The notes beneath the pieces were generated by a model that was given only the letters and a program-made list of their open reading frames with translations, was not told the DNA's origin and did not search any database. Below, piece by piece: positions 1 to 12,004 of a DNA stretch of 64,000 bases; the stretch's first letter is position 1; each line of letters begins with the position of its first letter. The position numbers and the translations under genes were made by a program. The DNA is from Cenococcum geophilum (lineage: Eukaryota): NCBI GenBank assembly GCA_050273025.1, contig CP158635.1:1178001-1242000 (forward strand), read 5' to 3'.

Positions 1-918
1 TGTGCCTAGGGGAGCCGTTAATAAATGCGGAAGCAACAGAAGTAGATTCTTGCTACCTGTTATTACCATGACAGAAGCTTGGCCGAAAGATATAACCAGG
101 CTGAGGAGCTAATAACACTGAGTAAGGTGCAACACGGACAGGAGATAAGCGCAAGTGGCAAACCTTTTGGGCAGTTTGATAAAGCTCACGGTCCGTTTTT
201 AGCTATTGCAGGTGTCAGAAATGCCATGTAAAGCTGAGGTCGCTCGTAGCCTACGTCCAAGTTGACATCGATCGAGTGTGTACCGGCCAGGAGCTGGAGT
301 GCATTAATTCTGACTATCGCCAAGCATGGCGTTGAATGTTACCTGGAAAACCATGCCTGACGAAATAATGGGTGTAATACCAAGCTCCATCAATGTCCCT
401 CGGTTACTAGCCATCATCATTCTTGGAATATTATTAATTCGATGCCACGCTACTTAAGTCTAAGCAGGTGTGCTTGCCTTAGCCACATTACCGGATCCGA
501 TGAGTCTGAGTGAGCATGGTCAGTCTCCCAAATGCTTGTGTAGCACATCGCCTTCACTTGCCTGAGGACACAATGCCATAGAGGGGCATTTGGCTCATGA
601 CTAAGAAAATCAATAGTGTCAAAGCCGTCCACATCAACTTCTGATTGAATACAATCTTTGTTTCGGGAGCAGCGACCTAGTGGGGTGTCAATGCGTGGAC
701 ATGGATGCGACTGGAGTTCGACGTACCTCGGGGAGGAAAGGCGTGAAGGCTTGCAAATGGTATTTAGTTCCTAGTCGCAATAGTGTTGGGTATGCGTGGA
801 GTGCACTCACGCTTGACGATATCGAGAAATCGGACTAAAGATAGAAGAGGGTATCAGCATATAGTTTAATTGAGTTTCGGAGCAGTAAAGATATTAATAA
901 AAACTTACAGCCGCTCAT
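1..918 (-). CDS. SEC61: Protein translocon subunit Sec61-alpha (5' part, runs off window); divergent and intron-rich
   Basis: Manual splicing gives [137 protein letters not shown], the Sec61-alpha N-terminus. ATG at 918; exons 918-909, 834-811, 749-727, 676-562, 505-478, 421-343 and further small exons. Confidence 0.92.
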
Positions 919-1165
919 GATTGCGATATTGTGCGAATTGAAAGATCCCTTGAAAAAGAATTCAGAAGGATTCTAGTAGTGAGAGTTAAAGCATGAAGGA
1001 AGAAGATTACAAGGAGTATCGTAAGTGCAGCAAAGAGCAGTGGTAGTGGTGTGTAGAGTCAGCGGCTGCCTAGGTGGATGGAGCTGTTGACACAATATGC
1101 AGACGATTCTGGGTACGACTCCTCCGTGTCCCGCTAGCTATCATTCTCCCAGGGTCTGCCCGCCT

Positions 1166-1174
1166 TCACGTGAC
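1166..1174 (-). promoter_or_regulatory. GTCACGTGA E-box (Cbf1-type site) in the divergent SEC61/MET10 intergenic region
   Basis: Sequence tcacgtgac about 480 bp upstream of the MET10 ATG. RTCACGTG is the Cbf1 site of yeast MET promoters; function here is inferred only. Confidence 0.3.
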
Positions 1175-1648
1175 TTTTGCGGAGGAATGATAATGCGGAG
1201 GAGCCCCAGACTCCGGGGTTTCTTTTTGCCGAAGCGAGGGATTTCTTTATGCCGGGGATGCGGATTGCGATGGATTGCGTGCTCGACTCTGCACCCAAGG
1301 TTTTCGAGGCGATTGCCTGTCGTCGCTGCCACCACCTGCAGAGCTAATATGGAGCCCCAAACTTTTGCCCATAAGGCCCAATGGCCGTCTTTGATTAAGA
1401 ATCCGCGTCTAGAACTTTGCGATTTTATCTATTATTACCTCTTGGTCCCCGACATCACCCTGTCATACCTTCAACCGTCAAATTATTCCCTCTTCCTTTT
1501 CCCTCCTCCTTTCCTTCACTCCTCCCTTCCTACGCCAAATAGTGTAGAGCGTTTGCGAGCTCTCATCACTACCGCTTCTGCGGACTGCCACCATCTGCGC
1601 ATTCCCTAAATCGTTCTCGTTGCGTCTTCCATTCCCCCATTTTCCGCC

Positions 1649-4600
1649 ATGCATCTGCAGCAATCCCAATCCGCGGGACCTGGCGTTACCGAGGATGCCG
1701 TGAAACCTCCCAAGCAGTTCGCGGAGCAGTCCTCGAGCTTGCCGTTCGGCCAGGAGCTCTCTCTGTCCTCAATTAGCGGGCCTACCTACTTGACTGCTCA
1801 GGCTCTTGTCCAACAAGTCGCCTATACGCTTTCCGACAGGATATTTACATATTCGTTGGAATCATTCGATCTGGATGCCGCTGCCAAGCTTTGGGTCTCA
1901 AGGAAAGAGAAGAATGCTTTCGGATATAGAACTGGTGTGTCATTTATGGAGACGCGAACTGGTGCAGCTTCAATTGCTCTTGGGTACATGTTTTCTAAGG
2001 ACTTCGACCTCGCCAAACGCCACATTCCACAAGCTATTATTGCTTCTTCCTCCACGTTACACCATCTCCGCCCCGCTCTCGACCAACTGTCTTTGCTGTA
2101 CTCGGTAGCCAACCCTCTCATCGCCCATATTGCTGCTGTGGACTATACCGAAACCTCTGCAACCGGTCTCGTCACGGATTACATATCGTCCTTGACTCTC
2201 GCAGATGACTTAGGATTGGGACTCGTGTCAAGCGCCTCCGTATTTGAAGTACAGCACATGTCCCTTTTTGCCACTCTGCTATCTAGCGTAGTTCCTACTA
2301 TTCACACGTATGATGGCATCAGTGTCGGCAGAGAAACCACCAGAATCATAGATGTTCTGGACCAGGCTGGGCTCTACAACAACTATCAGGCCATCCTGAA
2401 GGCTACTTCAGGCCCGGAGAAGAAGCACAGCGATAATGAAGGACGAGTAGTCCGCCTCCTAAACGCATTCAATGACGAATTAGGAACCGATTATGAACTC
2501 TTCGAGTACTATGGGCATCAGTCACCAGAATCCGTCTTAGTCGTGTTTGGCACAGTGGAGGCATCCTTGGCTGCGCAAGTTGCGTCCGCTCTTGCCAAGG
2601 ACGGGGATAAGCTTGGCGTGATCAACGTCCGTGTCTACCGACCGTTCGTGGAAGAGGCGTTCATTCAGACACTGCCGAAATCTACTCAAACGATTGCAGT
2701 TCTGGGTCAAGTCAAGGGTGAAGCTGCCGTGTTTGACAATGCAGTCTATTCCCAATTATACTCAGATGTCTTGGCAGCTGTACAGTTCTCCCTGGAACAC
2801 CCGTCTGCAGTCGTTACGGATATCAAATATTCTAGGGAACAGGTCTGGACGCCCAGTAACATCCTTGACGTATTCCAACAAGTGTGCGGTGAAAATACGC
2901 AGTCGGAAGAAGTGCGATCGTACGTGGACATCCTGGACAGCTCTACTGTTCGGCAATACAGCTTCTGGGACGTCGATGAATCCCCGGCTGCCTATGCACC
3001 GATAGTGCTTGGCAAGCTTTTGTCATTGGATTCGTCAAATAACGTGTTGCTCCGTTCTGGTCACGACAACTTGGTTCAAGGGGGTGTTGTCCGGACCAAC
3101 ATTCGGAGCTCCAGCTATACGATTGAGGCTCCATACTCTGTCGAGCAAGCCGATGTGACGTTCATCGGAGAGGAGAAACTCCTCAAGGAATTCGACGTGC
3201 TAAATAGTGTCAAGGCCGACAGCTCCTTAATCGTTAAACTTCCTGGAGCCAAGGATGAGGACCTTGAGAACAGGCTCTCTCCAGCTCTACGCAAAGCTAT
3301 CTTCACGAAGGGAGTTGAGGTCTTCGTATTGGATCCCTCTCTCTCGGGGAAGGTTTCTGAAGATCCTAGCCTCGAGACTTACCTTACCCAATTAGCCTTC
3401 TTGAAGGTCGCTAGAGAGGATATTCTCTCGTCTGGTCTTGGAAAGCTTACTACAATCAATGGGAGCTCTGAAATGTTCAAGAACCTTGTTCTCGACCTTG
3501 AGACAGCTCTTCACGAGATAGAGGTACCAGAGTCATGGTCAACTACAGAACTGGAAATTGAGCATGTGTCGCTTTCGACCGACATCAATGTAAACAGCTT
3601 TTCCGCTTTTGATCGTACCGAGCCAGAACCACCAACTCTACTCAAGTCTTGGATTGTCGCAGCTAAAGGCCTTGCCTTCAAAGAAGCGTACGGAACGAAG
3701 ACAGCCCTTCGACCAGATCTGGGTATCGAGACAACAGTCGCATATGTGAAAGAACATCGCCGACTTACCCCATTGACATACGATCGAAACATCTTCCATA
3801 TCGAGTTTGACCTTACTGGCTCCAGTCTTACCTACGCCATCGGAGAAGCGCTAGGTATTCACGCAGAAAACGACAAGGTGGAGGTAGAAGAATTCATCAA
3901 GTGGTACAGACTGAACCCCGACGAAATTGTCGAAGTACCGTCTCGGGAGGACCCCAACATTCTCGAAAACCGCACCGTTTACCAGTCACTGATTCAGAAC
4001 GTTGACATATTCGGTCGTCCCCTCAAGCGTTTCTACGAAGCACTCTCCGCCTTCGCAGATGACGAGAATGAGAAGAAAACTCTCCTTGCCCTCGCTGGGC
4101 CGGAAGGTGTAACGGAGTTCAAACGTCGTGCGGAAGTTGACACTATTACCTATGCTGACATTCTCCTCGAATTCCCTTCTGCTCATCCTTCATTCCACGA
4201 CATCGCCCGCATCGTTAGCCCCATGAAACGCCGTGAATACTCCATTGCCTCGTCCCAGCACGTAACGCCTAATTCGGTTGCCCTCCTCATCGTAGCAGTC
4301 AACTGGGTCGACCCTAAAGGCCGCGATCGCTTCGGTCAGGCTACTCGCTACCTCAACGGTCTCAAAGTTGGCACACCCGTCACTGTGTCAGTCAAGCCAT
4401 CCGTCATGAAGCTGCCCACTCAGACCACCGCCCCAATTATCATGGCTGGTCTTGGCACCGGTCTCGCTCCCTTCCGCGCCTTCGTACAAGAGCGTGCATA
4501 TCAGAAGCAGCAAGGCCGCGAAATCGGCGAGGTGTTGCTGTACATGGGCTCGCGCCACCAGCGCGAAGAGTACCTTTATGGCGAGGAGTGGGAAGCGTAC

Positions 4601-4903
4601 CAAGACGCCGGCATCATCACGCTGCTCGGACGTGCATTCAGCAGAGATCAACCGCAGAAGATCTATATCCAGGATCGCATGCGCCAGACACTAGGTGATA
4701 TTCGTAAAGCGTACCTGAGAGACGAAGGCAGCTTTTATCTCTGTGGTCCGACGTGGCCCGTGCCTGATGTTACTGAGGTGTTGCAGGAGGCCGTGGAGAT
4801 GGAGCATGCTGCAAAGTATGGAAAGGGTGGCAAGAAGGTTGACTCGAGGAGAGAGATTGAGACGCTGAAAGAGGCGCAGAGGTATGTCTTGGAGGTTTAT
4901 TAG
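1649..4903 (+). CDS. MET10: Sulfite reductase [NADPH] flavoprotein (alpha) subunit
   Basis: 1084-aa intact ORF: N-terminal PFOR-like region (VINVRVYRPF), FAD-binding region (RREYSIASS) and NADPH-binding motifs (IMAGLGTGLAPFRAF, AFSRDQPQKIYIQDR, FYLCGP, RYVLEVY C-terminus). Confidence 0.96.
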   Translation: MHLQQSQSAGPGVTEDAVKPPKQFAEQSSSLPFGQELSLSSISGPTYLTAQALVQQVAYTLSDRIFTYSLESFDLDAAAKLWVSRKEKNAFGYRTGVSFMETRTGAASIALGYMFSKDFDLAKRHIPQAIIASSSTLHHLRPALDQLSLLYSVANPLIAHIAAVDYTETSATGLVTDYISSLTLADDLGLGLVSSASVFEVQHMSLFATLLSSVVPTIHTYDGISVGRETTRIIDVLDQAGLYNNYQAILKATSGPEKKHSDNEGRVVRLLNAFNDELGTDYELFEYYGHQSPESVLVVFGTVEASLAAQVASALAKDGDKLGVINVRVYRPFVEEAFIQTLPKSTQTIAVLGQVKGEAAVFDNAVYSQLYSDVLAAVQFSLEHPSAVVTDIKYSREQVWTPSNILDVFQQVCGENTQSEEVRSYVDILDSSTVRQYSFWDVDESPAAYAPIVLGKLLSLDSSNNVLLRSGHDNLVQGGVVRTNIRSSSYTIEAPYSVEQADVTFIGEEKLLKEFDVLNSVKADSSLIVKLPGAKDEDLENRLSPALRKAIFTKGVEVFVLDPSLSGKVSEDPSLETYLTQLAFLKVAREDILSSGLGKLTTINGSSEMFKNLVLDLETALHEIEVPESWSTTELEIEHVSLSTDINVNSFSAFDRTEPEPPTLLKSWIVAAKGLAFKEAYGTKTALRPDLGIETTVAYVKEHRRLTPLTYDRNIFHIEFDLTGSSLTYAIGEALGIHAENDKVEVEEFIKWYRLNPDEIVEVPSREDPNILENRTVYQSLIQNVDIFGRPLKRFYEALSAFADDENEKKTLLALAGPEGVTEFKRRAEVDTITYADILLEFPSAHPSFHDIARIVSPMKRREYSIASSQHVTPNSVALLIVAVNWVDPKGRDRFGQATRYLNGLKVGTPVTVSVKPSVMKLPTQTTAPIIMAGLGTGLAPFRAFVQERAYQKQQGREIGEVLLYMGSRHQREEYLYGEEWEAYQDAGIITLLGRAFSRDQPQKIYIQDRMRQTLGDIRKAYLRDEGSFYLCGPTWPVPDVTEVLQEAVEMEHAAKYGKGGKKVDSRREIETLKEAQRYVLEVY

Positions 4904-5139
4904 AGGGAGCTATGTGCATGGGGTTTTAGAGAGAAGGTGGGTGTATGGTAGACAAATAGTATCCGGTGCGTAGAAGCGGCTTTGCCCAGCAATATCCGTT
5001 TCTGTAAATCAGATGTAAAATGCTTTCATATAAACACCTAATTCCAACAAATATATCTATTGAAGCGTTAATAGAAAACCACCCGAACCCTTACACTACT
5101 CAACCTCCTTCCCGCCCTTTTCAGGGCCCTAACCTTCTC

Positions 5140-5962
5140 AGTATCACTCATCTCAACCGTCACCGGATTCGTAGCTTGCTGCCCCAGCTGCGCACCCTGC
5201 GCACCCCACGGCGTCTCCCGGTTAAGCCCCACACCAGCACTCCCATACCATACTGCGTTTGCGGCGCACCCGGTCCATAGAGTACCTGCATCGACGGACT
5301 ACTCACAGCACTCAGATTCAAATAGAACAAGCTCGCCGCATTCAGCACCCTCCGCTGCCGTAGCCGCATCCTCGCAATCACCACAATCTCGCGCATCACC
5401 GGCACTGTCTGCGCGTACGCTCGTTGTACACCATCCCCCGCCACCGCCCCTGCCCCCGCACACGTGCCAAATACATCCCGCACACCCGCTCTTCCCGCAC
5501 TACGCCTTGCGGCGCTAGCAGCTCCCGAGCCCCCAGTCTCTGATCGCCTCCTCAAAGCACGCTTCACAAGCGTACATCTCTCCAGACGGCCCGGCGCTCT
5601 GCAGGACGTACCACACGCGGCTCTGCGGGCTCGGTGCCGGCGCAGAGCGGGAGGGGCGAGGCGCCGCACGAAGGCGGCGAAATTGGGGGGTGTTGATTGC
5701 GGCGGCGAAGCCGCGCATCCAGGTGCGCCAGGGTGGGGCCGCGGGATTTAAGGCGCAGAGGCGGGGTGTGGCGGGGTGTGGCGGGTTGCTGGTGCTGGTG
5801 GTGCTGGGGCTGCTGCCGGGGCTGGAAATGGTGTGTTAGGTTCAGGGCGGCGATGAGCCCCGTGTGGCGTGTTTGGCAGATGGAAAAGTCCCCGCCGGTG
5901 ATGCCGTGGGCGGTACAGAGGGAGTTAGTGGCGAAGGCTTGGGAGATGATGTGCAGTGTTCT
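5140..5962 (-). pseudogene. Frameshifted, 5'-truncated remnant of a fungal Cys-motif hypothetical protein
   Basis: GC-rich. Protein-like pieces lie in different frames (DFSICQTRHTG; WYVLQ...MYACEACFEEAIRDWGLG*; QRAYAQTVPVMREIVVIARMRLRQRRVLNAASLFY...YG). The 5' side abuts a RIP-mutated Gypsy fragment directly. Confidence 0.5.
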
Positions 5963-6238
5963 TAAGGCTCCGGGTAACTTAGTAGTAGTATAATTTAGTT
6001 ATGTGACTAAGGTGTTTGCGTTTATCTCTACTGTAAAGCGAACGCCATATAGGTATACGCGATACTTCTTTAACACATACAGCAACGCCCGACATTTAAG
6101 CTTCCCTCAGCTATATTTCTATTCCGCTTAAGACTAGATACCGCTCTTATATTAATATCGGTGACAATGACCTCACATATCTAGTTGTATAAGGCCGCAT
6201 CCCCATCTATTCTTATATCCGTTAACGGTAAGAATAAT

Positions 6239-7639
6239 CGTCAGGAAAACGGGAGAGTAGTAGGGGCTAGCCCGGGGTCATTTTAGCTGGATCCGCTGAT
6301 CTGCTTATGTACACTTCTTTACGCTAGCCCGGGGCCCTATTAGCAATATTAGCAATATTATTTTTAAAAATTATAATATACCCTCCCACCATAATAGTTA
6401 TAATAGCTATAATATATCCTATAACTGCAATATTTATATAAAAATAATAATCAAATTTCAAATTTCAAATTTGGGTATTAAGCAATTAATTAAGATAAGC
6501 GGGAAGCCTCTCATAGAGGCTCCAAATCGTCAATTGGCGGTGTTCCTGACGATCCACCGGCCGCGTACTGATTTCCTAACTAGGCCTAGCACCCGCCTGC
6601 CCGCCTGCCCGCCCTCCTACCTATCTACGCCTACCCGTCCGTGCCTACCTATCCATGCCTACTTATCTACGCCTACCGTCCGTATCCGTCTATAGTATCT
6701 AATTCAATTCGGGGGAGAGGTCGGCCCGATCAAAGGCTCTAATTAATTCAATTGATCGATTGATTGTATTGGTTCGAATTGTTCTCTATAGGCGTTAGCT
6801 GGCTGTACGTTCGAACGGTGGTCGTTTGGGGTACCTCCCTAGGAAGCCTTGATTCGATTCGATTCGGTGGCGGGCTGATATCGAAGCTCTGGTTCGATTC
6901 GATCGATCGATCGAATCGTTCGTGATGTTCGCTGGCTGGTTGTTGGAACGGTCGTCGTCTGGTTCTGGTAACGGTCGTCTGGTTCTGGCCACAGTCCTCT
7001 GCTGGCTGCCGTTCTAGTGCCTCCCTAGGTAGAGAGAATGTAAGGAAGGAAGGGTAAAAAGTAAGGTGGCATTTAGGTGTACAAGGGGTATGCAAAGGCA
7101 CGTGTAGAGGCTATTGGGAATATAGTGGGGACCCGATGGGCTAGGAGGACGATTTGGATAACTAGGAAAATCAAAGTTCTACTAAGGGTCTGCTAGGAAG
7201 CCTGCTAGGAGCCTACTAGGAGGCCTTTAGGGTCTTAATACCCTAATCGCAATAAATGTAATAATGTCGATCTAGGTCGGGTTTTGAAACGGGTTTCCTT
7301 ACCACCGTCTTACTACTGTCTCGGTCACCGACGTAGTCTACTGTCCCTTTTTCTTATGTATACATAGAGGCTATAGAGCCACATTCAATAGACAGAGTCC
7401 TCATTCTTTACTTACTCATCGGTGCACGGACTACCGATCGACAAATAATAATAACAATATTTATTTCATAACTATAAGCTGGCTTATTGCTGCAATATAT
7501 ATAGTATTATACTCTTTTAGCTAGAGCAGTGCTAGCGCATACTCTAAGGTTTAGTTAATATGGCGGAAAGCTAGCCCTAGGCCCTAAATATACTTTTAGC
7601 AAAACTAAATTTTCTACGCCACTCCCCGTTTTCCTAACG
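6239..7639 (-). mobile_element. 1.4-kb non-autonomous derivative of the 21-kb Plavaka element (same two termini, inverted orientation)
   Basis: 6239-~6340 (cgtcaggaaaacgggagagtagtaggggctagcccgggg...) is the reverse complement of the 46116 end. 7445-7639 is the reverse complement of the 25327/25088 end. The core 6500-7240 is homologous to 60250-61460. The flanks rejoin the Gypsy C frame with a 1-bp overlap. Confidence 0.85.
7265..7443. mobile_element. Solo LTR (179 bp)
   Basis: TGTCGATC...GATCGACA inverted termini with a 5-bp AATAA TSD (7260-7264, 7444-7448). Removing it restores similarity to 25250-25326. Confidence 0.85.
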
Positions 7640-7647
7640 TTAGTTTA

Positions 7648-10147
7648 ACGTAAGTGATAGGGTTATGACGGCGATAGGGTTATGACGGTCGGCTAGTACC
7701 GCCTTCCTAATTGGGCTCACGAACACCAAAGTACTACCGAATGCCCGATTGTGGGTAAAATACTAGTAAAAGGCATCGCACTGCATCACGATATCACTGA
7801 GGTTTATGAAGCCTTAATTTAATATAATAGAGGCTCTGTATTAATATTTTTTGGTGTTTTTAATACCAACTAACATCCTCGTCTATATCCGACACCTCAT
7901 CGTTGCTTGATCTACCTAGCTCATCGTCTACTTCTTCATCGTCCACTTCCTCATCTGCCTGTGTAGACTGCTGAGAGGCCTCTTTTGCCTTCTTTGCAGC
8001 GTCTTGTAGAGCCTTAGAGCGAGCTATAGCCTCTATAGCTACTGCGAAGGAGTCCTCCCATTGCTTCCGCAGTATTGCTAAGGCTTCTGCTTTAAATTTC
8101 GCCTCCTCTACTGCTTGAGCAGCTGCTATATAAGCTTCCGTAGTCTTCTTTTTATTTGCTATATTGCCTATAGTTACCAACGCCTTCTGCGCTTTTTTTA
8201 CCGCCCGATTAGCCTCTTCTAGGTTCCTTTTATGTTGATCTGTAGCCTTTTTAGCCTTTATAGCAGCAGCCTGAGCCTCCTTCCTATCTTAAACTTATGC
8301 CTAAACAATTGTAGCTATCTCCTTTTTCTCCTTTTTATGCTGCTATCTAGTATTCCTAGTCCTCTGCTTAGCCTCCTCTACAGCCTCCCTAGCGTTAATA
8401 AGTGCTTTGGCCCATTTAGTAGTAAGTACTAATTCGGTAGAAAGTACTACCCGCTTCTTTTTCTTCTTAGCTCTCCTATCTGCAGCGCCGTTGCGAAGCT
8501 CTGTGTTTTCTAGCCGCAGTATTTCTATGCCTTCGTCCATTGAATCCATATGGCTTATGAGCTTTCTGATAACAACGTTAATCGCTTTAGTAGTGGTATC
8601 TGAGTGACGGATTATATGGCTATACCGAGCTCGATCGGAGTGGCTTTTTAGAGTCTTTGGATATAGAGATAAGGATAAAAGCGTTGGTTTGTTTGGGGGC
8701 TGAGGTATACATAGTCGCGCATATGTAAGGCGTTGGAGGACTTAATTGGGGTTAAAAGGAAGAAGGCCTGCAGCTTTAAATGCACTGTTAATTAGTTCGG
8801 GTGTATATATTTGAGGCCTAATCTCGCCCAGGATCTGCAGAAAGTAGTCTCTATTAATACCAGTAATACCGCGAGCTGCGTATTTATCGACTTTAGCTAA
8901 ATATAGGCGCTTAACTACCGAAAAGATGACAAGATCTAGAGGCTGTAGAAAGTGGGTTAAGTAAGGTGGAAGATATATAGGAATAATCTTATACTTCCAG
9001 TAGAACTCTATAAACTTAATATTAGTATAAGAGATGTGTCCATTTATAATAAGCAATCGGTAGCTATAGTGTTCGACGTTTGGGGTATTAATTTTAGAGG
9101 CCTCCTATGCCTCTGTTTGTTGAGTATAACGCTCAAAATGTTAAAGCTACTTAAGGCCCATTTCTTTATTTAACCAGCCATTCTCCGTTATTCTAATTAA
9201 GCACTCGCCTATAGCTTCCTCTGCTATTTCCCATAGTATATTCGTATACTGCTTCCCTTTAAAAATAATAAACGGTAGAATTATCTGTCCATGCATACTA
9301 ATTGAGTTAATTTAGGTAACCTACTCCCGATTACCGTTAATTGTCTTAAAGTTAATAATTCTGCCTCTTAGTATAACCACCTTTATAGAAAAAGCTAGTC
9401 CCATTATATAGCCCGTCTTATCTATATTCCACCTATTAAATTCGCTAATATTATATTGGGTAATAGCGTTGGTATAGTTAGTAAAGAATCTCTAAATAAG
9501 GCCGGGATTGTTATTTGCGAGAGCTCGTTCTTAATTAATTAAACGCATATAGCAGTAATAAAGCTTATCCTGCCGTTTTAGGAAGTTATACACCTACTTT
9601 ATACTAAGAGAGTCGACATAGACGTATTAAGGAAGGTTGGCGTACTCCTGGTAGAGGACTACTGTGGCAATTAATTAAACGGTATTCTGCCAATATGGAA
9701 ATCCAGTATTTGCAAGATATATAAGGTGTTAAACAATTGCATCTTCGCCAGCAACGGTAATACAATTTTGGTTAGTATGGGCGACTTTATAGGGCTGTTG
9801 CTTTCCATTAAGACGGTGTTAAAATGTCTATAGATCTACCCCATAGGCATTTATATAAGTTTCCCGGTCTTTATAGAGCCTAGAATGCCAGGCAATAATA
9901 GCGCTCTATATTTTCTCTTCCTTGCTAGGTTATAGGGGCTAGCAGGGCATTATAGTATTAGTAAAAGATTTTTTAATTTGGTCGTAAGCATTTAAAATAA
10001 GATAAAGTTGCTGCTATTTTGATTTTGGAACCGGCAATATACTATATTAGGAAAGCGGTAAACTCAATTAGGAAGGCGGTACTAGCCGACCGTTATAACC
10101 CTATCGCCGTTATAACCCTATCGCCGTTATAACCCTATTACTTACGT
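7648..10147 (-). mobile_element. Fot1/pogo-type Tc1/mariner DNA transposon, RIP-inactivated
   Basis: TA TSD (7646-7647, 10148-10149). TIRs acgtaagtgatagggttatgacgg.../...ccctattacttacgt contain 17-bp internal repeats. Encodes a DDE_1 transposase. Confidence 0.93.
7860..9950 (-). pseudogene. pogo/Fot1 DDE transposase with long coiled-coil C-terminus, RIP stops
   Basis: ATG 9950, HTH-like start; LLIINGHISY (=LDGHxSH) and LPPYLTHFLQPLDLVIFS motifs in ORF 8742-9056; charged and acidic tail in ORFs 8343-8549 and 7860-8180. Confidence 0.88.
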
Positions 10148-12004
10148 TAGCCCCCTTACTATAATCTAGTTAAACTAATACGGGTATAATAGTAATTATA
10201 TACTTTAAAGTCTATATAGTAGTTAGAAGATTGGCTCTATCTTAATTATAAAGTCTTCTAGTAATAAATAATAACTTTTAGAAATGCTTAGGCGGACATA
10301 ACGCCTTTATAGTCTATTTAGTAAATAATCTTTATAACCTTTAACTCTCTTAGATATTATCCCTTTCTATTATAGTAGTAACTAACTACTATAATCTTAT
10401 TTTTATAGAAATAAGACTTTACGCCTAATATTATACACCTAGCTTATTTTAAATCTTCTATAGTATTAAATTAACTTTTTTATTTAGTTATTATATGTTA
10501 GGTTACCTAATATAAGGGATATACTTACCCTATTAAATTCGTAACCTTATAACCTTATAACCTTACGACCTCGCGACCTTAAACCCTACCCCTTACTACT
10601 TAAATACTACTCCCTACCTACTGCCTAAATGCCTTCTAACCGCCTATTTTGTACTATGTAACGGCGCTATCATACGTTACCTGCCAAATTCTACTCTGTT
10701 CTGCCGACCTATAATTAGCTTACCTAAAGCTAGCACTTTAGCAGTTTACTTTATATATTTATTTATATTAGTCCTAACAACCCCTTTTCCTTCTCCTTAG
10801 CTTAGTATCTTTATAAGATGGCATTCTATAAGCTTTAGTTTAGAGGCGTTTATACAAGCCGTTATATTATACTAAGCTCTCCTTATATTGTCTAGGAAAG
10901 CCTTAATTAATATCTCACTTAAGAGAAACTTTATCTATAATAACGCGTTAACATATTATACTTAAACACTAAATAACACTATACTGCCTGGGAAGGCCTT
11001 AATAATATCCCACTTATATGCTAGATAGGACTAGACCTATACCGCCGGAATTAAAACCGAAGCGTATAATACTAATAGACCCTAGGAAGCTAATAATAGT
11101 ACCTAAAGCCAGCTTATTTAAGAGAGCTGCCTTTACCTAAGAGGAACCTAAGATCTAATTAGGATTAGAAATTAAAGATAGTAATAACGTTATAGACATA
11201 CGTGAGTAGATTCGCGCCCTTGCGGCCAGCTAGAAAGCTAATTGTTTTAAAGTAAGAAATATATAAGAGACTCTATAAAAGATTTTAATAAGCCTTACGG
11301 CCCTATAAAATAGCCTAGCTTCCCCTTTTTAAAGCCCTAGCCAACCTATTTACTCTACTAAATATAATATACTAGGGAGTATAGATATAATAATAAAGTA
11401 ATTAAAGTCCGTTAAGCTTCCTAACCCTTAACCCCTATCTAATAGAATAAACCCTATCTTTAAGAATTAGAGGATCTAAGTATAAGGAAAACTCCGCGTT
11501 AACTATAACTATTTCCCCTCTAAAGAAGTTAAGATACTTTACCTCTTTAGTTAAACTATAGGAGATGCCTAACGTTACCTTTAAGCTAAATTTAAGGATA
11601 ACTTCCCTGTCCGCTTTATATCTATTAATAAAATGCTATAGTATTTAACCGTTATATATATAAACCCAAATAAAGTACGTGATATATGTTATAACTATAA
11701 TAGCTTAATAATAAAGTTAAACGAATCCTTTACTAAGTTTTAAACTTAATTCTTACACCTAGTAGGCAAAGGCTAGGTTCCCCTTAAGAACTACTATTTA
11801 GACCTATATAATAAGCTAACGGTTTAACTATAAAAGAAGATTGCGGTAGTTTTAGATAACCTACTAACTTACTTAAGATTTACAGTCTAATATTTATTAC
11901 TAAACTTAGAACTAAAGCAAATTAATACCCGTTCTAATTAACAAAAAAAGGCTTATAGTAGTTAAAACTTATTAACTATACCTATAGAAGCTAGAGTAGG
12001 AAGA

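Larger units (their letters stand above)
5963..10490 (-). mobile_element. Old Ty3/Gypsy relic (family C): RT end plus RNase H, interrupted by two insertions
   Basis: RIP-corrected translation: AGCTISGVKS.FC...VVGY.C.GKGR.P...KVIKI (10440-10310), TLK..IT..PVLV.LDYSEGA (10220-10150), which rejoins IILTVDG..GWG...LECRALLYVLKKYRVYLYGVRFTVEIDANTLV..LN.....LPGAL (6238-5963) once the inserts are removed. Confidence 0.75.

Noticed and set aside
450..632. 60-aa ORF in the track
   Set aside because: Out-of-frame read-through of SEC61 exons and introns.
1097..1609. 170-aa ORF upstream of MET10
   Set aside because: No recognisable domain; it covers the pyrimidine-rich promoter/5' UTR.
1806..4694. Small ORFs overlapping MET10 on both strands
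   Set aside because: Shadow ORFs of a long coding sequence.
10150..10490. Copia RNase H fragment
   Set aside because: A better reading is Gypsy RT that joins in frame with the RNase H at 5963-6238.
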